Shown here one piece after another: positions 10,608 to 27,337 of a stretch of DNA of 64,000 bases. Below the pieces are notes generated by a model, which searched no databases, was not told the origin of the DNA, and saw nothing but the letters and a program-made list of their open reading frames with translations. A program made the position numbers and the translations under genes. Source of the DNA: Defluviicoccus sp. (GTDB lineage Bacteria; Pseudomonadota; Alphaproteobacteria; MPNO01); NCBI GenBank assembly GCA_022823775.1, contig JAJEHI010000010.1, positions 10,233 to 74,232 on the forward strand. Direction: 5' to 3'. The first letter of the stretch is position 1, and every line of letters begins with the position of its first letter.

Positions 10608-12860
10608 ATGCTCGGAAACCCGATTGCGGCCGCCGCTTCCGCACCCTATCTCGACGCCCTCAACGACAGGCAGCGCGAAGCCGTGGAGGCGACGGAAGGG
10701 CCGCTCCTCGTGCTGGCGGGGGCCGGAACGGGCAAGACCCGCGTCTTGACGACGAGGCTCGCCCACATCGCGGTATCCGGCCGGGCCTGGCCCAGCCAGA
10801 TCCTCGCGGTGACCTTTACCAACAAGGCGGCGCGCGAGATGCGCGACCGGGTCGCGGAGCTGATCGGCGATGCCGTGGACGGGCTGTGGATCGGCACCTT
10901 TCACGCGCTGGGGGCGCGCATCCTCAGGCGCCACGCGGAGGCGGCCGGGCTCCGCTCCGACTTCACCATTCTCGACGCCGACGACCAGATCCGCCTGGTC
11001 AAGTCGCTGGCCGAAGATGCGAACATCGATTCGAACCGTTGGCCCGCGCGGTCGCTGCATGCCGAGATCCAGCGTTTCAAGGATCGCGGGCTCGGCCCGG
11101 AGAGGGTTTCGCGGGAAGACGCGGAGCGTATCGCGGACGGAAAGATCGGTGCGCTCTATGCCAGGTACCGGGACCGTCTGAAGACGGCCAACGCGTGCGA
11201 TTTCGGCGATCTCCTGCTGCATTGCATCGACATCTTCACCGCCCACGCGGACATCCTCGATATTTATCGCGAGCGCTTTCGCTACATCCTGGTCGACGAA
11301 TACCAGGACACCAACGTCGCGCAGTATCTATGGCTCAGGCTTCTGGCCCAGAAGAAGCACAACATCTGCTGCGTGGGCGACGACGACCAGTCGATCTACA
11401 GCTGGCGGGGCGCCGAGGTCGACAACATCCTGCGTTTCGAGAAGGACTTCCCGGGCGCCCGAATCGTGCGGCTGGAACAGAATTACCGCTCGACGCCCGA
11501 GATCCTCGCCGGCGCGTCCGCGCTGATCGCCAGGAACCGGGGCCGCCTCGGCAAGACGCTCTGGACGGGGAGCGGTTCCGGCGCGCCGATCCGCGTCCGG
11601 GGCGTCTGGGACGGGGAGGCCGAAGCCCTGCTCGTCAGCGACGAGGTCGAGGCGCTGCAACGCGCGGGCACCGCGCTGGGCGAGATAGCCGTGCTGGTCC
11701 GCACGAGCGCGCTGATGCGCGCGTTCGAGGAACGCTTTATTTCGATCGGCCTGCCCTATCGCGTGGTGGGCGGCCCCCGCTTTTACGAGCGCCAGGAGAT
11801 TCGGGACGCCATCGCCTATCTGCGCCTCGTCCATCAGCCCGACGACGATCTCGCCTTCGAGCGGATCGTCAACCTGCCGAGGCGCGGCATCGGCGCGTCC
11901 ACGGTCCAGACGCTGCACGGGCTTGCCCGCGCCGACGATGTGTCTTTGACCGAGGCGGCGCGGCGCACGATTGCCTCCGACGAGCTCAACGCCCGGTCGC
12001 GCAACGCTCTCGCGCGGTTCCTCTCGGACCTGGACCGCTGGCGGACGGTACGGTTCGAGGATCATGTCCGGCTGGCCGAAACCGTGCTCGACGAATCCGG
12101 CTACACCGAGATGTGGCGCAACGTCCGCACCCCGGACGGGCCGGGCCGGCTGGAGAACCTGAAGGAGCTGGTCGCGGCGCTCGGCGAGTTCGAGAATCTG
12201 GGCGGGTTCCTGGAACATATCGGCCTGGTCATGGACCGCGACGATTTCGCCGCCGGCGACATGGTCAGCCTGATGACCCTGCATGCCGCCAAGGGCCTCG
12301 AGTTCGACCATGTCTTCCTGCCCGCGTGGGAAGAGGACGTCTTCCCCAACCGGCGGGCGGTCGACGAGGGGGGTACGGCGTCCCTGGAGGAGGAACGACG
12401 GCTCGCCTATGTGGGCCTCACCCGCGCGCGGAAATCGGTCACCGTCAGCTTCGTCGCGAGCCGCCGGGTCTTCAACCAATGGGTCGCGCCGGTTCCGTCC
12501 CGCTTCGTCGACGAACTGCCCCGCGAACAGCTGGACATAGTGACGGAGCTGGGCCTGTCCCGTGATCCGGTCGCCTCCGCGGACGCGGATTTCGGCGGCG
12601 GCGACGCCGTGGAAACCGTGGGACGGGGACCGGGCTTCGCGCGCCTCCGGCGGGCTCCGCGATCCGCGCCGGGAATGCAGATCGAGGGCAAGGCGCGGCG
12701 CGTCGACGGGCCGGCATCCGCGTTCGAGATCGGCGTCCGCGTATTTCACCAGAAATTCGGCTACGGCAAGGTGCTTTCGGCGGATGCCGGCAAACTCCAC
12801 ATAGAATTCGAGAAAGCCGGCCGCAAGAAGGTGATGGAGAGCTTTGTCGAGCCGGCCTGA
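10608..12860 (+). CDS. uvrD: UvrD/PcrA ATP-dependent DNA helicase
   Basis: AGAGTGKT, VTFTNKAA, VDEYQD, GDDDQSIYSWRGA, TLHAAKGLEF, EERRLAYVGLTRA. Confidence 0.95.
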   Translation: MLGNPIAAAASAPYLDALNDRQREAVEATEGPLLVLAGAGTGKTRVLTTRLAHIAVSGRAWPSQILAVTFTNKAAREMRDRVAELIGDAVDGLWIGTFHALGARILRRHAEAAGLRSDFTILDADDQIRLVKSLAEDANIDSNRWPARSLHAEIQRFKDRGLGPERVSREDAERIADGKIGALYARYRDRLKTANACDFGDLLLHCIDIFTAHADILDIYRERFRYILVDEYQDTNVAQYLWLRLLAQKKHNICCVGDDDQSIYSWRGAEVDNILRFEKDFPGARIVRLEQNYRSTPEILAGASALIARNRGRLGKTLWTGSGSGAPIRVRGVWDGEAEALLVSDEVEALQRAGTALGEIAVLVRTSALMRAFEERFISIGLPYRVVGGPRFYERQEIRDAIAYLRLVHQPDDDLAFERIVNLPRRGIGASTVQTLHGLARADDVSLTEAARRTIASDELNARSRNALARFLSDLDRWRTVRFEDHVRLAETVLDESGYTEMWRNVRTPDGPGRLENLKELVAALGEFENLGGFLEHIGLVMDRDDFAAGDMVSLMTLHAAKGLEFDHVFLPAWEEDVFPNRRAVDEGGTASLEEERRLAYVGLTRARKSVTVSFVASRRVFNQWVAPVPSRFVDELPREQLDIVTELGLSRDPVASADADFGGGDAVETVGRGPGFARLRRAPRSAPGMQIEGKARRVDGPASAFEIGVRVFHQKFGYGKVLSADAGKLHIEFEKAGRKKVMESFVEPA

Positions 12861-13755
12861 GTCGGGGACGCGGGGTTGGAGCGTCGAGTTCGTCGTCGAG
12901 GCCGGGGGGGACGACGCGGATGGGCTGGGCCCCTTCGAGTCCGCTTTGGACGATCCGGCGGAGAGCGTGACGGTTTCCTGCTTCCGGGACCGAGAGGCGC
13001 GCGGTTGGAGGTTCCGCTCGGTGCGGGTATCCCGGCCGGACGAGAGCGAGCTTCGCTCCCGTCTCGCCGTCGCCGCGGCCGTCACCGGCATGCAGGCCTC
13101 GTCGCTGTCGGTTTTGCCGCTCCCCGAGATGGACTGGATCGCCGAGGTAAATCGCCGGAGTCCGCCGATCCGGGTCGGCCGGTTTTTCGTCCGCGGGAGC
13201 CATGTGGCGGAAGAAGCTCCCCGGGGATGCATCGAGATCGTGCTGGACGCGGGGCGGGCGTTCGGCACCGGATCGCACGAGAGCACCCGCGGGTGCCTGA
13301 TCGCCCTCGACGCCATGGCGCCGCCGGGAGATGGGCGGATTCTCGATCTTGGGACGGGCTCCGGCATCCTCGCCATCGCCGCCGCGAAACTGTGGCGGCG
13401 CCCGGTTCTCGCGGCGGACATCGACCCCGTATCGGTCGCAACGGCCCGGGAGAATGCGGGTCTCAACGCCGTGGAGACGCTGACGGAAACGCGTCGAAGC
13501 CAGGGCTTTTCGAACCCGCGGCTGCGCGCGCGGGCGCCCTACGCGCTGATCCTTGCCAATATCCTGGCGGACCCGCTGATCCGGCTCGCGCCCGCCATCG
13601 CGCGTTATCTCCATCGCGACGGGCGCGCGATCCTCTCGGGCCTGCTGGAGGATCAGGAGGCGAGAGTCGCGGCCGCCTACGGATCGGTGGGACTTTCGAT
13701 CCGCGACCGGCATCCGATCGATACATGGACGACACTGGTCGTGGGGCACGGGTAA
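12844..13755 (+). CDS. prmA: Ribosomal protein L11 methyltransferase
   Basis: AFGTGSHEST, LDLGTGSGILAIAA, ANILADPL, ILSGLL; start uncertain. Confidence 0.9.
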   Translation: MSSRPESGTRGWSVEFVVEAGGDDADGLGPFESALDDPAESVTVSCFRDREARGWRFRSVRVSRPDESELRSRLAVAAAVTGMQASSLSVLPLPEMDWIAEVNRRSPPIRVGRFFVRGSHVAEEAPRGCIEIVLDAGRAFGTGSHESTRGCLIALDAMAPPGDGRILDLGTGSGILAIAAAKLWRRPVLAADIDPVSVATARENAGLNAVETLTETRRSQGFSNPRLRARAPYALILANILADPLIRLAPAIARYLHRDGRAILSGLLEDQEARVAAAYGSVGLSIRDRHPIDTWTTLVVGHG

Positions 13756-13863
13756 TCTTGGCGTTGCATTCGCCGCGGCAACGGCGCATAGCCTTCGGCT
13801 GCGAGACGAGCGGGGACGCGACGATGGGCGCAGGCAGAGGGCGATCCCTCAACCGGGGCCGGC

Positions 13864-19617
<5,754 letters not shown>

Positions 19618-19623
19618 CGTCGC

Positions 19624-20451
19624 CTAGAACACCCAGTCGAAGGCCCGCTTCAGAAAACCGCGCTCTTCGGGCACCGGCAGCGAACCTCCGCCGACGAGGG
19701 CGTAGCTGTCTGAGTACCACTCGCTGCCCGGGTAGTTGTGCCCCAGCACGGCCGCCGCCTTCGTTGCCTCGTTCTTGAGACCCAGGGCCAGGTAGGCCTC
19801 GGTCAGGCGGTGCAACGCCTCGGGAATGTGGGTCGTCGTTTCATAGATGTCGACGACACGGCGGAAGCGCCGGACGGCGGCGAGATAGTGGCCGCGCGTC
19901 AGATAGTACCGCCCGATATCCATCTCCTTGCCGGCAAGGTGGTCCCGCGTCAGGTCGATCTTCAGCCGCGCGTCGCGGGCGTAGTCGGTGTCGGGGAAGC
20001 GGCGCACTACTTCCCGCAGCGCGGTCAGCGCCTTTTCCGTGTTGAACTGGTCGCGCACGACGTCCGAAATCCGCTCGTAGTAGCAAAGAGCGCGCAGGTA
20101 GTAGGCATAGGCGATGTCGGAATTGCCGGGATGGAGCTGGATGAAGCGGTCGAGCGCGAGAACCGCCTGTTCGTAATCTGTCGCCTGATAGTGCGAGAAT
20201 GCCGCCATCAACGACGCCTTGACGGCCCACACCGAGTAGGGATGCTGCCGCTCGACATCGTCGAAACGCTCGGCGGCGCGGGTGTACTCCTCGGCTCGGA
20301 GCGCGTCGACGGCTTCGTGGTAGAGCTCCTGCACCGGCCGCTCGACGAAGCGCTCCGAATCCCCGTCGCCATCGCCCGCGCAGGCCGAAATGGCCACGGC
20401 TGCGAGCAGCGTCGCGACAATCCGGGCTAGGCGATTGGATGAGAGCGACAT
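19624..20451 (-). CDS. bamD: Outer membrane protein assembly lipoprotein BamD
   Basis: Lipobox ISAC, HPYS, RFIQLHPG, RDHLAGKEMDIGRYY; conserved lpxC-bamD-recN order. Confidence 0.94.
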   Translation of the reverse strand: MSLSSNRLARIVATLLAAVAISACAGDGDGDSERFVERPVQELYHEAVDALRAEEYTRAAERFDDVERQHPYSVWAVKASLMAAFSHYQATDYEQAVLALDRFIQLHPGNSDIAYAYYLRALCYYERISDVVRDQFNTEKALTALREVVRRFPDTDYARDARLKIDLTRDHLAGKEMDIGRYYLTRGHYLAAVRRFRRVVDIYETTTHIPEALHRLTEAYLALGLKNEATKAAAVLGHNYPGSEWYSDSYALVGGGSLPVPEERGFLKRAFDWVF

Positions 20452-20571
20452 TGACGGCCGCCAACCCTCGTTCTGGGCCGCGCATCGTGCGCGACGGGCG
20501 CGCAGTCTAGAGCATTTTCGCGTGCTGTCGACCCGGACCGCCGGCACGCGAGCGGCCGCCGGGAACCGCTC

Positions 20572-21486
20572 TCAGCCGGCCGCGGCGACAGCCGTGAGAG
20601 CGCCCGCGCCGTTCTCCCCGCGCGGAATTTCGTACCACGCCCAGCTGTCCTCATCGGCGAACATGGCACGGAGAAGGTCGTGGTTGGCGGCGTGTCCCGA
20701 TCTCGCCGCGACGATCCTGGCCAGGATCGGCGCGCCCGCAAGGTAAAGATCGCCGACGCAGTCCAGTATCTTGTGGCGCACGAACTCGTCGTCGAACCGC
20801 AGGCCGTCGCGGTTCACGACACGCTGGCGGTCGATGCCGATGGCATTGTCCTCCGACGCACCGAGCGCGAAACCGGCTTCGCGCAACCGGTCGACCTCGT
20901 CGATGAATCCGAATGTCCGCGCGGGCGCGATATCGTCGACAAAAGCACCGTTCGCGAATGCGATCGACATTTCCTGGCGGGCGATTACGGGCGAATCGAA
21001 CTCGATCCGGAAATCGATGGAAAAGGCGTCGGCGGGCGTCATGGAGATGCACGCCTCGCCCCGGCGCACGGTAACCGGCTTGCGCAGACGGATCGCGCGC
21101 CTCGGCGTATCCTGCTCCTCGATGCCGGCCCGCTCGATGAGCTCCACGAACGGCGCCGCGCTGCCGTCCATCGCCGGAATCTCCGGTCCGTCCAGCATCG
21201 CCAACGCGTTGTCGATACCCATGCCGGCGAGAGCGGCCATCAAATGCTCGACCGTCGCGACCGTGACGCCGTGGCTATTGCCCACGACGGTCGACAACCG
21301 ATCGTTCACGACATGCGCAAGATCGCAGGGAACCTCGCCCGTTCCCGGCGCCACGTCGGTTCGTCGAACCCGGATTCCGTGCCCGGGAGGCGCCGGTTGA
21401 AGGGACATGGCAACGTCGACGCCGCTATGCAGACCGATGCCGCTACAATGGACCGCACGCTCGACCGTCGCCTGGCTTGCCCGCAC
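20572..21486 (-). CDS. lpxC: UDP-3-O-acyl-GlcNAc deacetylase
   Basis: GIGLHSG, TVEHLMAAL, MDGSA, ARTFGF, RHKILD. Confidence 0.96.
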   Translation of the reverse strand: MRASQATVERAVHCSGIGLHSGVDVAMSLQPAPPGHGIRVRRTDVAPGTGEVPCDLAHVVNDRLSTVVGNSHGVTVATVEHLMAALAGMGIDNALAMLDGPEIPAMDGSAAPFVELIERAGIEEQDTPRRAIRLRKPVTVRRGEACISMTPADAFSIDFRIEFDSPVIARQEMSIAFANGAFVDDIAPARTFGFIDEVDRLREAGFALGASEDNAIGIDRQRVVNRDGLRFDDEFVRHKILDCVGDLYLAGAPILARIVAARSGHAANHDLLRAMFADEDSWAWYEIPRGENGAGALTAVAAAG

Positions 21487-21732
21487 GCACTCCCTCCTCT
21501 TCAAGCCGTTCCGTCGTTCCCCATCGGGGCAACGTCGGACGGTTTACCGCGCCGAGGCGAGCGCCATTCACGGTTGCAATCCGGCGTTGCCCGCCCAGCC
21601 CGTCGGACGACGCCTCTTTACCTGCCAAAGGCCTCCCGGTGCAAATCAACAATTGTTGCAGAATGTTACCGCCCCACGGATGGAATTCCGCATGGCGAGC
21701 CCTACTGGGGGTTGAACCAGGCCCGATCTCCT

Positions 21733-23346
21733 TCAGTTTGCCTGACGTCTCAGAAACGCGGGAATGTCGAGCAGATCCTCGTCGCTTACCGCGCCGGGCT
21801 TCGCCGCCTCGGGCTCCACCCCTTCGAATTCCGGCTGTCGCGGCGGGGCGGATCGCGCCGCCGAGGCATCCTCCCGAGGAGCCGGTTTCGGCGCCGCCGC
21901 CGGTTCGCGGACGGGAACCTCGGCGGGCGGGGGGCTTGCGGTTTCGGGGTTTTGCTGCCTCCGGGACTGGCCGACGCCCGCCATCCTTTCCAACAGGCTG
22001 GGACGGCGGCGCAGTTGCGGCGACCGCTGCGGCTTCTCAACCGAGCTCTCGGCGGCGGCACGCATGCTGGAGTCCGCCGTCAGGGAGGTGTCGACCGGCT
22101 CTTCCTCGGCGGCCGCCTCTTCGGCGCTTTCGAAGAAGCTCTCCTGGGCCGCCGCGATTTCGACTTCCGCCTCGAGGGCGTCCATCCGCTCCATCGCCAC
22201 GGCGTCCTCGTCATCCGGCGTGTCGATCGAAGCCGCCGGAAGCTGCGCCTCTAACGCAGGCGACGACAACGCCGGCTCCGGCTGGACGTTCGGAGCCGGT
22301 TCGGACGCCGGCACCGGCGGGAGCCCGGTATCGCCGTCGGGCACCACGGTCAGAACGGGGCGCGCCTGGACGCTCCCCTCCGTATCGATCCCGGTGGCGA
22401 CCACGGACACCCTCATCGTGCCTTCGAGCACCGGATCGAGGGTGGAACCGAAGATGATGTGGGCCTCGGGATCGACCTCGTCGCCGATCCGGTTGGCGAC
22501 CAGGTCCACCTCGAACAGGGTCATGTCGGGACCGCCGGTAATGTTGATCAGCACACCGCGCGCGCCCTTCATCGACACTTCGTCGAGCAGGGGGTTGGAA
22601 ATCGCCGCTTCGGCGGCATCCATCGCCCGGTTCTCGCCCTCCGCTTCGCCGGTTCCCATCATAGCCTTGCCCATTTCGCCCATTACCGTGCGGATGTCGG
22701 CGAAATCGAGATTGATGAGGCCGGGCACGACCATCAGGTCGGTGATCCCCCGCACGCCGCAGTGCAGCACCTCGTCCGCCTGGGCAAACGCATCGGCGAA
22801 CGTGGTTTTCTCGTTCGCCACGCGGAACAGGTTCTGGTTGGGGATCACGATCAGCGTATCGACGTGCTTCTGCAGCTCCTCGATGCCCGCCTCGGCCACC
22901 CGGGCGCGCTTGCTCCCCTCGAACTGAAAGGGCTTGGTGACGACGCCGATCGCAAGAACCCCCTGTTCGCGGGCCAGGCGCGCGATCACCGGCGCGGCTC
23001 CGGTGCCGGTGCCGCCGCCCATTCCGGCGGTAACGAACATCATGTTGGCGCCCGCCAGATGCTCCGCGATCTCGTCGATCGTCTCCTCGGCCGCCGCCCG
23101 ACCGATCTCCGGCCTCGATCCGGCCCCAAGCCCGTGCGTGATGTTTTGGCCGAGTTGGAGCTTGCGTTCCGCGAGGGACTGCACGAGCGACTGGGAATCC
23201 GTGTTGGCCACCAGGAACTCGACGCCGGAGAGCTTCGCATCGATCATGTTGTTGACCGCGTTGCCGCCGGCGCCGCCCACGCCGACGACCATGATCTTCG
23301 GTTTCAGGGTGGAGTCGATTTCGGGTACCGAAAGATTGATCGTCAT
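21733..23346 (-). CDS. ftsZ: Cell division protein FtsZ with long alphaproteobacterial linker
   Basis: [27 protein letters not shown]-terminal [11 protein letters not shown]. Confidence 0.98.
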   Translation of the reverse strand: MTINLSVPEIDSTLKPKIMVVGVGGAGGNAVNNMIDAKLSGVEFLVANTDSQSLVQSLAERKLQLGQNITHGLGAGSRPEIGRAAAEETIDEIAEHLAGANMMFVTAGMGGGTGTGAAPVIARLAREQGVLAIGVVTKPFQFEGSKRARVAEAGIEELQKHVDTLIVIPNQNLFRVANEKTTFADAFAQADEVLHCGVRGITDLMVVPGLINLDFADIRTVMGEMGKAMMGTGEAEGENRAMDAAEAAISNPLLDEVSMKGARGVLINITGGPDMTLFEVDLVANRIGDEVDPEAHIIFGSTLDPVLEGTMRVSVVATGIDTEGSVQARPVLTVVPDGDTGLPPVPASEPAPNVQPEPALSSPALEAQLPAASIDTPDDEDAVAMERMDALEAEVEIAAAQESFFESAEEAAAEEEPVDTSLTADSSMRAAAESSVEKPQRSPQLRRRPSLLERMAGVGQSRRQQNPETASPPPAEVPVREPAAAPKPAPREDASAARSAPPRQPEFEGVEPEAAKPGAVSDEDLLDIPAFLRRQAN

Positions 23347-23444
23347 GGGTGTCTCCTTCCTCCCGGGACGCAGTGTCCCGACTGTTGCGTTCGAATCGGC
23401 CGTTCCCGTCCGTGCCTCGGCCGGGTTTGGATGTGGTTCGCGGC

Positions 23445-24686
23445 TCAGATGCTCTCCTTCAGCCATTGCCCCAGCCGGCCCAGCCGACCCGTTCGTTCCG
23501 CGTTTCCGCGAATGGCGATATCGGACTCGCCGCGGCGCTGCGCGGCGAAACGCAGGAGTCCGGCCGCGGTGGAAAAGGCCGGCCCGCTCACCGCGTCGGC
23601 GAGCCCGTTGATCGAGATGGGGCGGCCGAGCCGGACCTTCTTGCTCAAGGTCAGAGCCGCGACTTCGGGCGCTCCGGCGAGCTGGCTGGCGCCGCCCGTA
23701 AGCACCATGCGCTGCCCGGCGAGCTTTCCCATCGGGCTCGCGTCGAGACAGTCCTTCACCCGCTCGAAGATTTCCTCCAGCCGGGGTCGGATGATTCCGA
23801 CGATCAACGACTTCGGCACATGGTTGGGCTGGTTGCGGTCTTCCTCGCCCACCAGCGGAACGTCGATCAGCGCGTGTTCGTCCGACGGGGAAGGGAGCGC
23901 GGAGCCGTAAAGAACCTTGATGCGCTCCGCGTGAAGCAGCGACGTGGTCAAACCCCGCGCGATATCTCGCGTGACGTGGTCGCCGCCGAGCTGAACGACT
24001 TCCGCATGGACCACCTGGCCGCCGTAGAATACCGCGACGTTGGTCGTGCCGCCGCCCATGTCGACCACGGTCGCGCCGAGATCGATTTCGTCCTCGACCA
24101 GGCATGCGAGGCCGGCCGCATAGGGCGAGACGACGACGTCCTCGACGTCGAGGTGGCACCGCGCGACGCAGGTAATCATGTTGCGAAGCGCGGCGGCCTC
24201 GGCGCTCACGAGATGCATGTCGACGCTGAGACGCTGGCCATACATCCCGCGCGGGTCCTTGATGCCGCTGCTGCCGTCGATGTGGTGGCCGACCGGGATG
24301 CAGTGGATCAGCTCGCGCTCGGCGTGGCCGTTGTGCTCCAGCCCCTGCCCGTAGATCCGGCGGAGGTCGGCGTCCCCGACCTCATGTCCGTCGATTTCCA
24401 CTTCGACGCTGAGGTTTCTGGAGTTCGGCCGGCCGGCGGATACGTTGATCACGACGCCGTGCAGCCGCTCGCCGACACGCTCCTCGGCGGCGCTGACGGC
24501 GGTCAGGATCGCGGATTCGGCCGCATCCATGTTGACGATCGCGCCTCCGCGAACCCCGCGCGAAGCGTGATGCCCGACTCCCAGCACCCTTACGTCTCCA
24601 GGCGCGCCCGACTCCGCCACCAGGCAGGCGATCTTGCTGGTGCCGATATCGAGCGCCGTCAGCATGCCGCTTCTGGGCTTCGCCAT
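23445..24686 (-). CDS. ftsA: Cell division protein FtsA
   Basis: [31 protein letters not shown]. Confidence 0.96.
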   Translation of the reverse strand: MAKPRSGMLTALDIGTSKIACLVAESGAPGDVRVLGVGHHASRGVRGGAIVNMDAAESAILTAVSAAEERVGERLHGVVINVSAGRPNSRNLSVEVEIDGHEVGDADLRRIYGQGLEHNGHAERELIHCIPVGHHIDGSSGIKDPRGMYGQRLSVDMHLVSAEAAALRNMITCVARCHLDVEDVVVSPYAAGLACLVEDEIDLGATVVDMGGGTTNVAVFYGGQVVHAEVVQLGGDHVTRDIARGLTTSLLHAERIKVLYGSALPSPSDEHALIDVPLVGEEDRNQPNHVPKSLIVGIIRPRLEEIFERVKDCLDASPMGKLAGQRMVLTGGASQLAGAPEVAALTLSKKVRLGRPISINGLADAVSGPAFSTAAGLLRFAAQRRGESDIAIRGNAERTGRLGRLGQWLKESI

Positions 24687-25507
24687 CAGCGCCCCTCCTC
24701 TTTTCCGTCGGGATCCCGGATCGGGGTCACGACGACGCGGCTGGGAATGCGCAGGTCGATGGCGGAGATGCGACGGGCGAGCAGCGCGTGGCGCCGGTCG
24801 AGCTGGGCAAGCTCGCTCCACGCCGCGGCGGGCTCCGCCTCCGGCAGGCGCACGTCGATACCGTTGTCGATGCGTACGTTCCATCGCCTGCCGCCGACCT
24901 CGATCAATGCGCGCACCCGGCGCCCCAGGTCCGGCTCGCGCCCGAGCATCTGGAGGATGGGCCTGGCACGCGCGGGCTCCGACCGCGCCACGACCAGCGG
25001 CAAATCGGCGTATCGATGCAGGGCCCGGTCGGTGATCACCGCGCCCTCGTCGTCGATCAGCCGGAAGCGGCCGTCGCGCTGCCAGATGGCGAAGGGACGG
25101 CGTTCCTCGATCTCGATGAACACCGTGTCGGGAAGACGGGCGGTCACGCGCGCGCGCTTGATCCAGCGGTTGCGCTCGAGCCTGGCGCGGATCAGGTCGG
25201 TATCGAGCCCGAGCGTGGGGCTTCCCAATTCGAGCGCGGAGGCGGCGAGCACGGTTTCCCGCGACACCCGCTCGCGTCCGACGAGCAGAACTTCGCGAAG
25301 CCTGAATCCGAGAGGCGCCGACGCCTCGACCGCCGCTGTCCTGACACGCTCCGCCACGTCGCCGAGCGACCCGGTCCGCCACATCCAGCCCGCGGCGCAC
25401 AGGACGATCGCCGGAACGATCGCCACGAGAACGACGGTCCGGGCGCGCGCCGGGAACGAGCGCCTGGCCGGCGCCCGTCTGGCCGCGTTGCGGTCTAGGC
25501 GTCGCAT
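24686..25507 (-). CDS. ftsQ: Cell division protein FtsQ
   Basis: Single TM, POTRA region, GGRRWNV, IDLRIP; position between ddl and ftsA. Confidence 0.92.
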   Translation of the reverse strand: MRRLDRNAARRAPARRSFPARARTVVLVAIVPAIVLCAAGWMWRTGSLGDVAERVRTAAVEASAPLGFRLREVLLVGRERVSRETVLAASALELGSPTLGLDTDLIRARLERNRWIKRARVTARLPDTVFIEIEERRPFAIWQRDGRFRLIDDEGAVITDRALHRYADLPLVVARSEPARARPILQMLGREPDLGRRVRALIEVGGRRWNVRIDNGIDVRLPEAEPAAAWSELAQLDRRHALLARRISAIDLRIPSRVVVTPIRDPDGKEEGR

Positions 25508-26412
25508 GCGGCGTGCTCCACCATCCAGCTCACCAACGAGGCGAAATCGATTCCGGCATGGGCCGCGAGCTCGGGCACGAGCGACATGGGAGTCATTCCG
25601 GGCTGGGTGTTGACCTCGAGCAGATAGACCCCCTCGGCACCGCCCACCGCCTCGTCGTATCTGAGGTCGGCGCGCGAAACGCCCCGGCAGCCGAGAGCCT
25701 TGTGGGCATCCACCGAGAAACGCATCGCGGTGTCGTAGGCGTCGGCGGGGAGCGGCGCGGGGACCAGATGTTCGGTGGCCCCCTCGGTGTACTTGGCGCG
25801 GTAGTCGTAGAAACCGGCGAGCGGGCGTATCTCCGTGACGCCCAGAGCGCGCTCGCCCATGACCGCCACCGTGATTTCGCGTCCGGGCACGTAGCGCTCC
25901 ACCATCACGGTGTCGCCGAACGCCCACCGATCGGCGGCGAAACAGGGATCGGACCCCTCGGCAACCACGCGCACCCCGAGGCTCGATCCTTCCCGGAGCG
26001 GCTTGACCACGTAGGGGCGAGGCAGGACATCCCGCGAGATCGCCTCGGACCGGCTGACGATGACATGCTCGGCACAGCGGATGCCGGCGCAACCGAACAG
26101 GCGTTTCGCCATGGGCTTGTCCATCGCGAGCGCCGAGGCCAGCACGCCGGAATGGGTGTAGGGGATCGCCAGCAGATCCAGAATCCCCTGCACCCTCCCG
26201 TCTTCTCCGAAGGGACCGTGAAGTGCGTTGAACACGGCGTCGGGGCGCGGATCGAGGGCGTCGGCGATTCCGCGGATGTCGCGTCCGACATCGACGGTGC
26301 GCACGTCGTACCCGGCCTCCTCGAGCGCCGACGCCACGGTCCGACCGCTGACCAGCGAAACCTCGCGCTCGCCCGACCATCCGCCCATGAGCACCGCTAC
26401 GGATTTAGCCAC
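25495..26412 (-). CDS. ddl: D-alanine-D-alanine ligase
   Basis: GGWSGEREVSL, LHGPFGEDG, YDYRAKY, LEVNTQPGMT. Confidence 0.96.
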   Translation of the reverse strand: MAKSVAVLMGGWSGEREVSLVSGRTVASALEEAGYDVRTVDVGRDIRGIADALDPRPDAVFNALHGPFGEDGRVQGILDLLAIPYTHSGVLASALAMDKPMAKRLFGCAGIRCAEHVIVSRSEAISRDVLPRPYVVKPLREGSSLGVRVVAEGSDPCFAADRWAFGDTVMVERYVPGREITVAVMGERALGVTEIRPLAGFYDYRAKYTEGATEHLVPAPLPADAYDTAMRFSVDAHKALGCRGVSRADLRYDEAVGGAEGVYLLEVNTQPGMTPMSLVPELAAHAGIDFASLVSWMVEHAACDA

Positions 26413-27337
26413 GGTCGGGCTCCCGCGCGACGCCGACACGGCGAATTTCCCATTCCAGCCGGATGCCGGTGGCGGCTTCCACCTTCGCGCGAACCTCCTC
26501 GCCGAGATCCTCGAGATCGGCCGCGGTGGCTCCGCCGGTGTTGATCAGGAAGTTGCAATGGAGCGGCGAGACCTGCGCGCCGCCGCGGGTCAGACCCCGG
26601 CAGCCCGCCTCTTCGATCAATTCCCAGGCGCTCCTCCCCGTCGGGTTCCTGAACGTGCTCCCGCCGGTGCGTTCGCGGACCGGCTGGTCCTGGTTGCGGG
26701 CGCCGGAGATCTCCGCCATCCGGGCGGCTATCGCTGCGCGGGTTCCGGGTTCGCCCCTCAGCACCGCCTCGACGAAGATCCACCCCTCCGGCACCGCGCA
26801 GGTGCGGTAGCCCAGACCGAGCGCCGCCGCGTCGAGCCGATGAGTCTCGCCCGCCCTGTCGATCGCTTCGGCCGAGACGACGACGTCGCCGATCTCGCGG
26901 CCGTACGCGCCCGCGTTCATGCGGAGCGCGCCGCCGATCGTGCCCGGGATACCGCTCAGGAACTCGAGGCCCGCGATGCCGGCGTCGCGCCCCTCGCGCG
27001 CCACCGACACGTCCATCGCCGCGCCGCCCGCCCGTATCTGCGTTCCGCTGCACGCGATCGTCGAGAATGGCCGGCCAAGACGAATCGTCACCCCCGGAAT
27101 TCCGCCGTCGCGAACCAGCAGGTTCGAGCCGACTCCGATCACGGTCACCGCCATATCGGGCGGCAACGCCTCCAGAAACCGCGCCAGGTCCTCGCGGTCC
27201 GCCGGCTCGAACAGGACTTCCGCGGGGCCGCCGACGCGGAACCACAGCATCCTGGCCAGGGGCACGTTGCCGCGCAGCGTGCCGCGCACCGCCGGCAGAC
27301 GGTCGAATTCCCGAACCGTGGCGGCCGCGTCAATCAC
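26405..27337 (-). CDS. murB: UDP-N-acetylenolpyruvoylglucosamine reductase
   Basis: [39 protein letters not shown]. Confidence 0.96.
   Translation of the reverse strand: MIDAAATVREFDRLPAVRGTLRGNVPLARMLWFRVGGPAEVLFEPADREDLARFLEALPPDMAVTVIGVGSNLLVRDGGIPGVTIRLGRPFSTIACSGTQIRAGGAAMDVSVAREGRDAGIAGLEFLSGIPGTIGGALRMNAGAYGREIGDVVVSAEAIDRAGETHRLDAAALGLGYRTCAVPEGWIFVEAVLRGEPGTRAAIAARMAEISGARNQDQPVRERTGGSTFRNPTGRSAWELIEEAGCRGLTRGGAQVSPLHCNFLINTGGATAADLEDLGEEVRAKVEAATGIRLEWEIRRVGVAREPDRG

Noticed and set aside
21733-24159. Apparent N-terminally extended FtsZ (808 aa), and similar extensions for MurG, RsmH, FtsA, FtsQ and the cupin
   Set aside because: Extensions overlap upstream genes in another frame; internal starts give normal lengths
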